From Rebecca billardiae RCC1528 (taxonomy: Eukaryota; Protista; Haptophyta): 64,000 nucleotides of DNA. This document shows, one piece after another, positions 10,169 to 23,309 of this stretch. Each line of letters begins with the position of its first letter. Position 1 is the stretch's first letter. The stretch covers positions 868,001 through 932,000 of the forward strand of contig OZ251249.1 in the NCBI GenBank assembly GCA_965240325.2, given 5' to 3'. The notes beneath the pieces were generated by a model. That model was not told the DNA's origin. It ran no database searches and worked only from the letters and a program-made list of their open reading frames with translations. The position numbers and the translations under genes were made by a program.

Positions 10169-12630
10169 GTGGGGTTACTGTTGGTACAATAACTGATTGT
10201 CTAAGAGGACGACAAGAACGTACGCCGGGCGCCAGCGCCGCTCATCAGCCACATCGCCCTCTACCAGACCATCGCCTCAAAGGGCGCTGCTCCCGGACAA
10301 ACAGTCTGTCCGGGTTGTTCTGCCGCCCAGGAGATCGATTTCCGGCGCCGGCCTCTGCCGCCTGCTTCGCCAGGCGCGGCGTGCGAGATGGCTCCAGCCA
10401 AGCTCGTCCTGCGTCGCCGGCGGCGGCGGCTCGCACGCGGGTCGGGCGCGTCGCGTGCACCGACCAACATCTTTCGGCAGGCGCGGCGTGCGAGATGGCT
10501 CCAGCCAAGCTCGTCCTGCGTCGCCGGCGGCGGCGGCTCGCACGCGGGTGGCGCGTCGCGTGCACCGACCAACATCTTTCGGCAACTCAGCGGTAAGCAA
10601 CGCTCCGCATCGCGCCCCCTCGCGCTTCGGGCCACCGCCTCTTCTCTCTCTGCGTGCGTGCGCACCCTGTGGCTCTTCCGCACCCGCCCCGATCGCACCG
10701 TTCCCTCTTCGCCACATGCCTCCTCCTCCGTGGGTGCGCCCCCACGCGGATCGCTGCTCCATCTCTCCCGCCCTGCCTCGGGATCGCCCCGGTGCCAACG
10801 CCAGCCGGCTCCTACACAAGGACCGCTGGCGGCACACCGCGCGCCGGGCCCCGTGCGCACCCGCGGGCCATTCACAGCATCCGCAAAGGCCGTCTAGCCT
10901 TCTCCTGCTTCCGCAGCGCCGCGCCTCGGGGCCGGCTGCCTGCTATCTCTCCTATTCGGGTTCCGTCTCACTCGCACTGCCCCACCTGCCCAGCCCCCGC
11001 TGGCCGGCCCTCGTGCGTGCGCGACTCACACGTGCCTTGCCCCCTTTCCTTCCCATCACTCAATGGGATTCTCCTCCACGCGGTGCTCCCCAACACACCA
11101 TGAAACGGGATCACTCACGCACCGCGTCTCGTCGACGGCGAGCGGCATGCCCACCGCATCTGCTGCCGCTCGCCAAGGCATGAGGACACGTAAATCCCAC
11201 TGAGTAGGAACACACGCAGCCGCCTCGGCATCGACATGCCAGGCGGCGTGCCCACCTTCGGCCAGCAGTTGGCGTCGGCGTTCACGAGGACGGCTAGACG
11301 TGGGGTTATTGGTACAATAACTGATTGTCTAAGAGGACGACAAGAACGCCGGGCGCCAGCGCCGCTCATCAGCCACATCGCCCTCTACCAGACCATCGCC
11401 TCAAAGGGCGCTGCTCCCGGACAAACAGTCTGTCCGGGTTGTTCTGCCGCCCAGGAGATCGATTTCCGGCGCCGGCCTCTGCCGCCTGCTTCGCCAGGCG
11501 CGGCGTGCGAGATGGCTCCAGCCAAGCTCGTCCTGCGTCGCCGGCGGCGGCGGCTCGCACGCGGGTGGCGCGTCGCGTGCACCGACCAACATCTTTCGGC
11601 AACCCGCCCACCCAGGGCCCGTTGGTCTGGTGCTCGGGCGGCGGGATCACAACTCACCCGCCGTCCGACCGCCCGGTCTTGCGGCGCTGCACTTAGGGCT
11701 CATGTGACCCCCTGCCTCCCAACACGATTGGGTTTTTCAGGTTAGGTCCCCAGCCCACCGCATCTGCTGCCGCTCGCCAAGGCATGAGGACACGTAAATC
11801 CCACTGAGTAGGAACACACGCAGCCGCCTCGGCATCGACATGCCAGGCGGCGTGCCCACCTTCGGCCAGCAGTTGGCGTCGGCGTTCACGAGGACGGCTA
11901 GACGTGGGGTTATTGGTACAATAACTGATTGTCTAAGAGGACGACAAGAACGCCGGGCGCCAGCGCCGCTCATCAGCCACATCGCCCTCTACCAGACCAT
12001 CGCCTCAAAGGGTGCTGCTCCCGGACAAACAGTCTGTCCGGGTTGTTCTGCCGCCCAGGAGATCGATTTCCGGCGCCGGCCTCTGCCGCCTGCTTCGCCA
12101 GGCGCGGCGTGCGAGATGGCTCCAGCCAAGCTCGTCCTGCGTCGCCGGCGGCGGCGGCTCGCACGCGGGTGGCGCGTCGCGTGCACCGACCAACATCTTT
12201 CGGCAACCCGCCCACCCAGGGCCCGTTGGTCTGGTGCTCGGGCGGCGGGATCACAACACCCGCCGTCCGACCGCCCGGTCTTGCGGCGCTGCACTTAGGG
12301 CTCATGTGACCCCCTGCCTCCCAACACGATTGGGTTTTTCAGGTTAGGTCCCCAGCAGTGCTGCTCCCGGGCGGTCAGGTGGAGGTTCAGTCGACGAGTC
12401 CGCAGGCGCTCAGCCTTCCGTCAGCGGACGTCCGCGCGGGATCACTCACGCACCGCGTCTCGTCGACGGCGAGCGGCATGCCCACCGCATCTGCTGCCGC
12501 TCGCCAAGGCATGAGGACACGTAAATCCCACTGAGTAGGAACACACGCAGCCGCCTCGGCATCGACATGCCAGGCGGCGTGCCCACCTTCGGCCAGCAGT
12601 TGGCGTCGGCGTTCACGAGGACGGCTAGAC
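10169..12630. mobile_element. Non-autonomous split-direct-repeat element inserted in a (TA)n tract
   Basis: Block A at 10169-10586, 11300-11603 and 11904-12207. Block B at 11107-11299, 11753-11903 (5'-truncated) and 12438-12630. Internal B|A junctions read GCTAGAC|GTGGGG. (AT)n lies on both sides (10153-10168 and 12631-12663). Confidence 0.75.
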
Positions 12631-13102
12631 ATATATATATATATATATATAATATATATATATGCTCAGCTCAAGCTGCTGACGACGAATCACGACTACG
12701 ATATGACTCGACGATATCGTCATCGGCGTCATATAATCAGTGTCGTCAGCACGATATCGCGTCAGCATCATGATGGCGCGTAGCTAGTACGTCGCGCGGC
12801 GGCGGCGGCCTGCGGCTGCGGGAGTGCGGCGAGCCCTGGCAGCGTCGTCACGGGCCTCAGCAGGGACGGCGGTCGTCGTTAGGGACGTGTCAGGGCGGAG
12901 GCGGATCCGGGTCGCGCGGACCGCGCGGTGGTGATACTCCGGCGGTGGACGGCCGTGTGCCGTCGTCTTTGCCGCGCCAGCAGCAGCAGCGTCGGCGTTC
13001 GGCGGCGCGCAGCGCGGCAGGGGTAGCCAGTGCGCGCTGCGAGTGTACTGCGGCGGTGGCGGCAGCGCGCGGGTGGTGCGCGTGCTCTGCGCGGTCGGCA
13101 TC

Positions 13103-15121
13103 TCAGCCGGTCATCATGAGCGGCGAGCAGCCGCGCGCCGGCGGCACGGCGGCGCCGCCGCCGCCAGCGCTCGCCGGCGGGAGCGTCGACGCGCCGGCGC
13201 TGCCGACGGCGGACGGCGGCGCGGCGGCGGCGGCCGCGCGCGCACAGTCCGGCCGTGGGGTCGGCGGCGGCGCGGTGGGCGAGCCGCGCCGGCGATCGCG
13301 CTGGCCGGCGGCAAAGGCGGCCGACCAGTCGCACGCGCCGCTCCCGGCGCCGTCGGCGGCGGCGGCGTGGGTGAGCGCGGCGTGCACTGCCGAGCCCAGG
13401 CCGAGGCCGAGCCGCGCGGCGCTCGGCGCCGTCGGCGGCGACGGGCCGGCGCGGCGGCGGAGCGTCGGCGCGCGCAGCTCGGCCGCCGACGGCAGCACGC
13501 CGGGTCCAAGCTCGCCCGGCGGCACGGCGACGGGGCCGTCCGCGTCGTCGTCGTCGTCGTCGGAGGAGGAGGCGGCGCCGATCCGCGCGGTGGCGGCGTC
13601 TGGCTCCTCAGCGGCTCCCGCGCCCGCCGCCGCCGCCTCCGCCGGGGGCCCCGCCGCGCCGTCGTCCACCCCCATCATCATCCTCGCGCGAGGCGGGCTG
13701 CCGCGTGCCGACTGGTCGGCCGGCGCCGCGGGCTGGTCGGCGGCGGCCGCGGCGGCGGCGCGCGGGAGCCACCCCGCCGCCCAGACGGCGGCGTCCTCTG
13801 AGAGGGGTGGCGTGTGCGCGGGGGGCGGGCCCGCCTCGCGCCCCGCGTGGTCGCACGCGTCGTCCTCCGCCTCGTGCATCGACTGCTCCCGCACGGGCGT
13901 GAGCGTGGGCCCAGCCGCCGCGCCGCTCGGCGCGCGCCGCACACCCGTCGGCTGCAGCGGCTGGCCCGCCGCCGGCTGCGGCGGCCGCGCGCGCTCGGCA
14001 GCCGCAGCCGCCATATAGGCGGCGGCGGCGGCGGTCGTTGAGTGCTGCGCGCCGACGGGCCAGCAGTGCGCGCGCGCGAGCGGGTCGGCGCCGCCGGCGC
14101 CCGAGGCGCTCGGTACGACGAGCCGCGCCTTGGCGGGCGGCACGCGAACCGGCGACTGACTCCGCCCGCCGCCGCCGCCGCCGCCGCCCAGCGCCGCGGC
14201 GGCGCCGCCGTGCGCGCCGTGCGCGTACCGCGCGCGCTCGGCCGCGGCCGCGGCGGCGTGCTGGTGCGCCGCGGTGTCGGCGGGCGCGGCGGCGGCGGGC
14301 GAGAGGCGGCACACCCCCACGCCGCACGCGCTCTCGAGCTGGTCCCCCAGCGCCCACAGCGCCGGCTCGTCCGGCACCTTGCGCTTGCGCGCCGCGCGCC
14401 GCGCCGCCTCCAACAGCGGGATCGGCGGCAGCGAGCTGGGCGAGGGCAGCGCGGGCTCCGACTCGCTGAGATCGGCGTCGGACTCGGAGTCGGCGGGGCG
14501 CGCGCGCACGCGGCGGCCGCCGCCCACGCGCAGCCTCGAGCCCAGCGCGCACGCGATCTCGTCCAGCGCCGCGTCCAGCGTCTGCGCGTGCGGACGCTTG
14601 CGCGGCGGCGCGCGCACGAGCGCGCACCGCGCCTGCGGCGGCGGCGCCGCCGCCGCCGAGAGCGGCGGCGGCGCCTCGGCGGGCGGGCGGCGGGTGGCGG
14701 CGGGCACGGCGTGCGCGCTGGGCCACGCGCCGCCCACGCCGTGCCTCGCGCGCACCGCGCCGCCGCGCGGCAGCAGCCGCACGCCCGCGCACGCTCCGGG
14801 GTCGGAGCAGTCGCTGTCGGCGTCGTCGTCGCCGGCGCGCGCGCGCGCGCGCGCGCCGGGCTGCGCGCCGCCGTCGAGCCGGCCGAACTCAAAGGGCGGC
14901 CTGCCGATGCTCGGGAGCGCGCGCGTCGGCTCCAGCCCGACCACCGGCTTCCAGCCGATCATCGCGGGCGGCTTGGCGAAAGAGAAGCTCACACGCCGCG
15001 CGGGCGCGCCCGGCTTGGCGGGCGCGCGCTTGGCGTCGGCGCGCGAGGGCGGGGGCGTGGGCGAGATGCGGGGGAGGACCTCGAGCTCGCCGTCGTCGGA
15101 CACCTCGTAGATGAGCACCAT
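13103..15121 (-). CDS. Hypothetical low-complexity protein (~672 aa)
   Basis: ATG at 15121 (MVLIYEVSDDGELEV) opens a long frame with genic codon usage and a basic RKRK patch. No recognisable domain. Confidence 0.55.
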   Translation of the reverse strand: MVLIYEVSDDGELEVLPRISPTPPPSRADAKRAPAKPGAPARRVSFSFAKPPAMIGWKPVVGLEPTRALPSIGRPPFEFGRLDGGAQPGARARARAGDDDADSDCSDPGACAGVRLLPRGGAVRARHGVGGAWPSAHAVPAATRRPPAEAPPPLSAAAAPPPQARCALVRAPPRKRPHAQTLDAALDEIACALGSRLRVGGGRRVRARPADSESDADLSESEPALPSPSSLPPIPLLEAARRAARKRKVPDEPALWALGDQLESACGVGVCRLSPAAAAPADTAAHQHAAAAAAERARYAHGAHGGAAAALGGGGGGGGRSQSPVRVPPAKARLVVPSASGAGGADPLARAHCWPVGAQHSTTAAAAAYMAAAAAERARPPQPAAGQPLQPTGVRRAPSGAAAGPTLTPVREQSMHEAEDDACDHAGREAGPPPAHTPPLSEDAAVWAAGWLPRAAAAAAADQPAAPADQSARGSPPRARMMMGVDDGAAGPPAEAAAAGAGAAEEPDAATARIGAASSSDDDDDDADGPVAVPPGELGPGVLPSAAELRAPTLRRRAGPSPPTAPSAARLGLGLGSAVHAALTHAAAADGAGSGACDWSAAFAAGQRDRRRGSPTAPPPTPRPDCARAAAAAAPPSAVGSAGASTLPPASAGGGGAAVPPARGCSPLMMTG

Positions 15122-16343
15122 CGCGCTGCGCACGGCCTGGCCTGCGGGCGCGCACTCGTCGCGTCCACCGGCGGTGCTGTGCCCTTGTCTGTGCGCAAGT
15201 ACTTGCGTGCCGGTCACAGCCGGGTGGCCCTTGCTGCCTTGCACCGCCCATTATTTCGTCATCAGCTGGTGGGTGGCGAGTTCCAGCGCAAATCCAGACA
15301 GCCCAGACAGCCACCGGCTTCGTCTGGAAGCAGCTGGATGGTGGGGTTGCGGCGCGAGAAGGCCGGGTAGGCCGGTAGAAAAGTACTAAAACCGAGCCGG
15401 TAGAAACACGCCGTTTGACCAGCCTGGATTCCGGACGAGCTGCTGACCGGTGACGCCGGTTGCCCGGTTCTGGGCGTGAAGCCGTGAATGGCGGGCCGCT
15501 TGGCGGCGGGCAGCACTGGGCGTCAAGACGGGTATAGCGCCCCGCTTCCTCGGGCCGCGCGACGAGTGCATGCGTGCCGCGGCACAGCTCGGCAACTGGA
15601 CCGTCGTTGCGGGGCTTGATCCGTCGGCGCCGGGGCCCTGTTCCGCGCTGTTTCGGTTTGACCGCGACCGCGGCGGGCGGGTCGGTGGCTGACTGTGTCA
15701 GCCCTCACTGCTCTGCCAATCGGATTGTCTGTAACGAGAGCTTGGTCAACTGAAGGGCGCGGCCCGCGCGCCCGCGTCCGCGGAACGCTGCCTTCGGCCG
15801 GTCAATGCCACGCGACTGCTGCTTGCCGGCACGGGTCCGACTCACGGCGCGGCTGCGGGCCCGCACGGACCGCCTCGGGCCCGCTGTGAGCTGATGGCGG
15901 CAGACCGGCCTCAGTGAATGCAGCAGTGCTGATGATTACGATCGATGGCAGCCACTGAGCCAGGCGCGCTTTGCGGACTGTGCGAGCAGCCACCGCCTAT
16001 TGCGGCTCGGCAGCGCGACTGCGACGCCGCACCGTACTGCCAGCCACTAGTCCGCGGCGGAGAGTATTATCATCTCCGAGTCCGGCGGCCGCCGTAGTCA
16101 CTCGGCTAGTAATAAGTCGTCATCATCATCATCATCGATCATTTCGGCGCTATATACAGAATGATCGAGTCGATCGGCGACGACACGCGCCGTGTCAGCA
16201 GCAGCATCAGCATCCGAACTCCCCCACCATATATATTGGACTACCGCCATTATACAGTATTGCGCGAGCACAGCGAGCGAGCAGCCTGCGTGCGGCGGCA
16301 GGTCGGCCGGGCTGCTGTCACACGTCCGAGCCAGTGGCGCCAG

Positions 16344-16865
16344 TCAGCCCGCCGCGGGTGCCGCCGAGACGCCAGCACCTGGCCTGGGCGGCCCTGCCCC
16401 GTGGGCCTCTGGCGCCGCCGCGAACTGCCGCGGGGCGCCGCTCGGGCGAGGCGAGCCAGCCGTGGTGCCGCGCGGCGGCGGCGGGATCGCAACTGCCGCG
16501 GGCCCTGGCCCTGCACCCGTCGGCCGCGGCTCGGCGCCGCCCGCAGCCGCTGAGGAGGCGCGCGCGGAGGCGGATGCGCCCACGATGGCGGCGGTCCAGG
16601 CCGCCGCGGCCGCGCCCACGTCCGCGGGCGGCAGGGGCAGTGGGTGCGGAGGCGGCGCCGCGCGCCTCGGCAGCGCGGCCGCGTCGGCGCGCGTGCCGCC
16701 GGCGCCGTCGCCGCACCCGTTGGCGCGGCGCACGGCGCCCGCGTCGCCGCCGCCGGTGGGGGCGGCCGACGGCTCGGCGGAGCCCTTGGCTGCACGCGCG
16801 TCCCCACCCGCGCCCATCTCCACGCCCGCACCGCCGCCGCCACCGCCACCGCCACCGCCACCGCC

Positions 16866-16897
<32 letters not shown>

Positions 16898-18773
16898 CAC
16901 CGCCGCCGCCGCCATCGCTGAGGTCGGAGGTGCCGCGCGTGCGCAGCGGTGCGTACCCGCCGCCTCCGCACCCGCCGCCCTCTGCGCCTCCGCCACCCGG
17001 CGCCGCTGCGCCGCGCGCCCTGCCCGCCGCCGCCCTGCCGATCCCGCCGCCGCCCCCGTCGTCGCGCGTGCGCGCGGGCGAGTCAGTTGGCACAGGGCCG
17101 CAGCGCGCGGGCACGAGCGAGTCCTGGCGCTGCAGCGCGCGCGGAGAGTCCGGGGCCGCCGACGTTGAGTCCGGCTCCGGCACCGCGCGCAGCGCGGCCG
17201 GCGGCGCCGGCGCGGCGGCGCCACCGCGCTGCGACGCGCCGGCGGTGAGCGGCGCGCCGGACGCCTGGGAGGAGCCGGACAGCTCGTCGGCGCGCGCCGC
17301 GCCGCCGCCGCCGCGCGCGCCGCGCGCGCCGTCCGCCGGGCGCCTGCGCGCGCGCGGCCCCCAGCGCGCCGCCAGCCTGGGCGCCATCAGCGAGATGGCG
17401 TTGGCTGGCAGCGCGAGCGCGCTCGCCAGCGCGGCGCGCGCGCGCCCCCGGCCGCCTGCCGCCGCCTCGTCCGCGCCGTCCGCGCTGCCGCCGCCGTCCG
17501 CGCTGCCGCCGTCCGCGCCGTCCGCCTCGTCAAACTGGGCAAACGCGGAGGATGACTTGAGCACGTTGTCCTGGGTAGGGTTAGGGTAGGGTTAGGGGTA
17601 GGGTTAGGGGTAGGGTTAGGGCGGCTGCTGCTGCGCCGCGTTGCCCCGTGCCCCCGCGCGCACGCCCCGGCAGCCGCCCAGCCCCGCGCCCGTGTCGCCC
17701 GCGCGCGCGGGGCACGCGGCGGGCGACGCAGCGCAGCGCACGGCACGCGCGCAGCAGCAGCAGCGGCAGCGGCTGCCGCGGGGGGCGCAGCGCCTCGGGC
17801 CAGGGCTCGGGCCAGGGCTCGGGCGACGCACCTGCACCCAGAAGGAGAAGACGGTGAGCACGAGCGGCACCACCACCATCACCACGACAAGCTCCGCGCG
17901 CGGGTGCGGCTCCAGCGGCGCCAGGATGGCCGCCCCCACCGCGCCGAGCCAGTCATGGCCTGCGAGCGCGAGGCCTGCGATGGCGCTTTTCATCAGCAGC
18001 AGCAGCAGCTGGTACGCCAGCAGCTGCTTCAGCCACAGCTTCACGCGCGGCGGGTCGCCGTACTCGCTGGCGCGCGCGCACGGCGCGAGGCGCGGCGGGG
18101 CGGCGGCGGTGTGGGCGCAACGCGGCGGCGTGGCGCGGGGCGGCGGGGGTGGCGGCGGTGGCGGTGTGAGGCGGGTGCACGGCACGGCAGCAGGGCGCAC
18201 GCGCCCCGCTCCAGCGCTCCAGCGCTGCCGCGCACGCGTGCACTCCCGCGTGCGCTTGCGTGCGAGCACTACTGCGTGTGCATGCGTGCGCGTGCGCGTG
18301 CGCGTGCGCGTGCGTGCGCGTGTGCGCACACACCCGGAGACAAAGTGCTTGAGCGTGAAGAAGCGCGCGGCGAACCAGTTGAGGATGGAGAGGAGGGCGC
18401 AGAGGATGGCGACGCCGAGGGTGCACTCCAGCGTGAGCAGCACGAAGTACCACACGCACGGGCCGTGCCCGCCCCCCTCGGCCGCGCCGCCGATCGCCAT
18501 TCCCAGCAGCACGTTGGTCAGATGCGCCGTGCCGCCGCCCATCATCTGCTTGGAGGTGTCGAAGAGCCAGATGAGCGCGGGGCGCTTGGGGGTCTCGATG
18601 AAGCGCTTCCACACCAGCGAGAGCACCGCGAGCACGCCGAGCATCAGCTGCACCGCCATGCCGAACGCGTCCATGAGCTGGCACCCCATGGCGCCACGCC
18701 CATGCACGCGCGCGGCGGCGGTGGCGGCGGCTGCTTTCGCCTTGTCTTGTTCAGACGCCAATAATGACAGCAT
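16344..18773 (-). CDS. STIMATE/TMEM110 (YPL162C-like) membrane protein, 3 exons: 18773-18334, 18066-17832, 17570-16344
   Basis: Family motifs KRxxExPKRPxxIWLFDTSKQ, PCVWYF, SG-EYGDPP, WLKQ and FWVQ-DNVLK join in frame across GT-AG introns. Long Gly/Ala-rich C-terminal tail. Confidence 0.85.
17573..17621. repeat. Telomere-like (TTAGGG/TAGGG)n tract at the 3' end of STIMATE intron 2
   Basis: Sense strand reads ccctaaccctacccctaaccctacccctaaccctaccctaaccctacccAG, running directly into the acceptor. Confidence 0.9.
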
Positions 18774-19075
18774 GGCGTCGCCCGCGCGCGCGCCCGGACC
18801 CTCTTGCCACAGCAGCGGAGCACGCACGCAGGTGGGTGGGCGCCGGGCGGGCGCGCGGCGTGGCGCCTTCGGAAGGGCGCGCGGGGCCGCACCAGAGCCC
18901 CGACCGGCGCGCGAGCGCGGCTGGCGTGGGCGGCGCGCGGCGTGGCGAGGGCGGCAGCCCGCCTCGTCGCACTCGCCCTCCCCCACCCCCGCGCGGCGCC
19001 GCATCGCCGGCGCCCACGGCCGCGGCCGAGGCGGGCGCGTGAGCCGAGGCGGTGGGCGCGCGCGCAGCCGGCGGC

Positions 19076-19082
19076 ATGTTTA

Positions 19083-19116
<34 letters not shown>

Positions 19117-19262
19117 GCCGGTGGCGATCTGCTACAACTGCGGGCAGAGCGGGCACCAGAGTAAGATGTGCCGCGCGCCGTGCGGCCAGTGCGGCGACCC
19201 CTCGCACCGCGTCGGCTGGCACTACAACAACAGCGGCGCCGGGCCGCCGCGGCCGCCCGCGC

Positions 19263-19299
<37 letters not shown>

Positions 19300-19473
19300 G
19301 CGCAACGCGAGCGCCGCGGTCCCGCCGTTGGAGTGGCCCGCGCCGAGCATGTCCGACTGGCGCGGTGGCGTGCCGCCCTCGATGGACGCGTACGGCTGGG
19401 GGCCGATGGGCGGCGGGTGGGGCGGCGTGGGCGCAGGCCTCGACCCGCGCGCAGGCGGCGTCGGCGTCGGCGT

Positions 19474-19504
<31 letters not shown>

Positions 19505-19661
19505 ATCGGGCCGTCGTGGATGGCGATGGCGGCGATGCACGGGCCGGGGATGCTCGGCCCGCCGATGATGGGCGGCTTTGACATGCCGCCGATGCGCCAC
19601 CCGCACGCCGGCGGGATGGGCGGCGGCGCCGGCCTCGGGCCGAAGCGGCAGCGTCTGACCA

Positions 19662-19707
<46 letters not shown>

Positions 19708-20895
19708 GGGCGGCGGGCGCGCGCGCGCCGCGCCGTACGGCGGCGGGCCGCACGGTGGTGGGCCGTATGGCGGCGGCGGGCCGGGCACGCCGCGCGGCGG
19801 CGCCGCCGCGCGCCGCTCCCAGCCCGCCTTCGGCGCGGACGCCGAGCCTCATGCCGGGCCGCCGCCGCCGCCGCCGCCGCCGGCGGGCGGCGCGGCGCGG
19901 CGCGGCGGCGCGCGCGCGTGCGCCGGGCTGGTGCTCTTGTGCGACGAGGCGCTGCAGGGCTGGAGCCTGCGGTGCATGCACGTGGCGCTGCCCGCGTCGA
20001 CGCTGCCCCTCGCGCGCGCCGCGGACGCGAGCACCGCCGTCTACCTCTTCAACCTGCGCGTTCGGAAACTTCTCGGACCTTTCCGCGCGACCGGCGGGGC
20101 GTTTGGGTTTGAAGGCGCGGCGCGCGCGGCCGGCGGCGGCGGCGGCGGCGGGCGCGGCGGGGGCGCGGCGGAGGGCGAGGCCGGCGGCGAGGGTGGCGGC
20201 GCCGCCGCCCCGCCGCTCGCGCTGCCGCGCGAAGGCCTCGTCCGCGCGTGCGGCGGCCCCGCCGCCCTGCCGGGCCGCCTGCCCATCGAGCTGCGCGTCG
20301 CGGACGACTTGCTACGGCTGACGGAGGCGGAAGTTTCGCGGACACTTCCGGAGCTCGGCCCGCGCGCGCGCGCGCTGGAGCGGCGCGCGGCGGGCGCGCG
20401 CGCCGGCGCGGACGCGCCGTGGGAGGGCCCTGAGGAGACGGCGTGCCTCCTCCCAACAGAGGCGCAGCTCGAAGCGCTCGCGGCACTTTTCGCCGCGCGC
20501 TTGGACTCGGCCGCGGGCGGCGGCGGCGGTGGCGGCTGCGGCGGCGGTGGTGGCGGCGGCGGTGTGGAGGGCGGCGGGGGTGCGCGTGGGCGCGGCGAGG
20601 CGGGGGGCGCGCGTGGTGCGCGCGGCGCCGGCGGCGGCAGCGGCGCCAACGGCACCGCGCCCGGCGGCGGCGGCGGCGGCGGCGGCGCGCACTCAGCCGC
20701 CGCCGCCGCCGCCGCCGCCGAGGCTGAGGCGGGCTGGCTGCGAGACGCCGAGATCGCTGCGGGCGCGGCGGTGCCTCGGCTGAATGTACATGCGGCGTTC
20801 CTGCCGGAGGGCGGCGGGGCGGGCGGGGCGGTCGAGCCGCCGGGCTCGCCGCAGGCCGCCAAGCCGCACCGCAAGCGCCGCATCCCGCCGGCCCT

Positions 20896-20985
<90 letters not shown>

Positions 20986-20989
20986 GGAG

Positions 20990-21025
<36 letters not shown>

Positions 21026-22446
21026 CAAGCCGCTGATGGCGGCGAGACGCCGGCGCAGAGCACGCGCGGCGCGCGCGCGGGCGCCGTGGCGAACGCCGCC
21101 GCGCTCGCCACGTTGTACGGCGCGCGTCCCTTCGGCGGCCTCGGCGGCGGCGGCGGCGGCGCGGCCGCGGCGGTTGGGCGCGAGCGCGCGGGCGGCGCGC
21201 AGTGCGTGCGCTGCGGGCAGTGGCATCTGGAGGCGCGGGTGCACGCGCTGTTCTGCTCGGCGTCGGCGCTGGCGGAGAAGGTGCGCCCGCGCGCCGAGCT
21301 CAGCGCGCGGCTCTACGGCCTCGCGCCGCACGACGACGAGGACGGCGCCGACGGCGGCGGCGGCGGCGGCGGCGCCGAGCCGACAGCAGCTGCCGCGGAC
21401 GTCGGCGGCGGCGGCGGCGGCGGCGGCGGCTCGAAGGGCGATGAGCTCGACGGCGGCGGCGAGGGCGTGGAGGTGGTGAACGGGCTGCGGCTGCACAGGT
21501 CGGCCAAGGCGCGCTCGGGGTACAAGGGCGTCTACCCGCACCACAGGGGCGGCGGCGGCGGCGGCGGCGGTGGCGGCGCGGACGCGGACGGCGGCGGCGG
21601 CGGCGCGGGCGCGCCCGCCGCGGACGCGGGCGCGGGCGCGCCGGCGGGCGCGCAGGAGGAGGGCGGGCAGCTGTGGGAGGCGCAGGTGACCGTGCGCGAG
21701 CGCTGCCACTCGCTCGGCGTCTTCCCCAGCGCGCGCGAGGCGGCCATCGCCTACGCCATCTTCCTGGCGACACACGGCGGCGCGGGCGGCGGCGGCGCGG
21801 GCGGCCGCGGCGGCGGCGGCGGCGGCGGCGCGGCCGCGGCGGCGGCGGCGGCGCGGCTGGCGGCGGCGCGCGCGCGGCCGGGCGGCGGCGCGGGCGCGCT
21901 CGGCGGCGGCCTCGTGCCGCAGGCGCACGCGAGCGTGCTCCCCTCGCGCGTCGTCGCCGCGCGCCTCGACGCGCACCGCGCGCGCCGCCGCAAGCCCGCG
22001 CGCGCCGCCGTGCGACAGCTGCCGACGGTGCCGCGGGCGTACCTCGGCCTGCTGCGGGCGCCGCCGGCGCCGGGGTCTGCGGCGGCGGCGGCGGCGAGCG
22101 CGGCGGAGGTGGAGGGGATGGCGCGCGAGGCGGAGGAGGAGGCCGACGCCGACGGCGCCGCCGCGCGCCCCTCCGCCGCCTCCGCCGCCTCGCGCGCCGC
22201 GCGCCGCGCCGCCGCAGCCTCGGGGGACGGCGGCGGCGCCGCTGCCGCCGACGCGGACGCGGCGGAGGCGGAGGGCGAGGCGGGCGGCGGCGCGGGCGGC
22301 GGGCGGGAGGGTGCGGCGGTGGCGGCGGACGCCGCCGAGCAGAGCAACCCCGCCACCGCCGCGCTCTCCCGGCAGCCCAGCCTCCCGCCGCCAGCGGCGG
22401 GCGGCGGCGCGCAGCCGGCAGCGGCGGCGGCGGCGCCGCAGCCCGC

Positions 22447-22494
<48 letters not shown>

Positions 22495-23255
22495 GCGGCG
22501 GCGGTACTGGGCGTGCGACCCGTCCGGCGACCTGATGCTGGTCTCGGGCAGCATGGCGGAGTTCTGCAAGGAGAAGGGCCTCTCCTCCTCCTCCATGTCC
22601 AAGGTGCGCCAACCCACGCCGCGCCGGAGCCGCGCGCGCCACAGGCGGGGCCGCGCGCGCGAGCGCGCGCGCGCGCGGGCGGGCGCGTGCACGGACGGGA
22701 GGGAGCGGGCGCGCGGGAGAGTGGTTGCCGTGGGCGCGTGTGCTCCGTGGCCCCCGCGCCGCGCCGTCGGCCGTGCTCACGCACACGCGCGCGCGCACAC
22801 GCCCGCACGCCCCTGCCCCGCAGGTGGCGGGCGGGCGGCTGCAGCACTGCCGCGGCTGGCGGTGCGGCTACGTGCGCGAGGGCGCGGGCGCGGACGAGGC
22901 GCTTGCAGAAGCCTACGAGGCGCTGCGCGCGCAGGAGGAGGCGCTGGACAGGGAGGCGGAGGCGGCGGCGGCGGCGGAGGCGGCGGAGCCGCCGGGTGCC
23001 AGCGGGGCCGCGCCGGGCGCCAAGTCCGCCGAGGCCGGTGCCGGCGGTGCCGGCGGCGCCGCCGCGGCGGCCGCGGCCGGCGCCGCCACCGCCCAGCGCG
23101 AGGGGGCGGAGGGCGGCGGCGGCGGCGGCGGCGGCGGCGCGGCGAAGGGCGCGGGGCCGACCGCGAACGGCACCTCCGCCGCGCACGCCGCCGCGCCCGC
23201 GCCCACCACCGCCGCGCAGTCCCGCCGCGACCGCGCGCGCGCGCGCCTCGAAGGC

Positions 23256-23309
<54 letters not shown>

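Noticed and set aside
10241-10250. CTGATGA on the minus strand of block A as a hammerhead ribozyme core (Penelope/retrozyme hypothesis)
   Set aside because: No GAAA follows a stem II, so the catalytic core is incomplete.
10168-12631. TG...CA ends suggesting an LTR element or TRIM
   Set aside because: The T and A can belong to the (TA)n flanks. The internal junction lacks them, the two ends are different blocks, and no PBS or PPT is evident.
17573-17621. Telomeric repeats as a chromosome end or fusion scar
   Set aside because: The arrays are very short and lie inside introns of intact genes.
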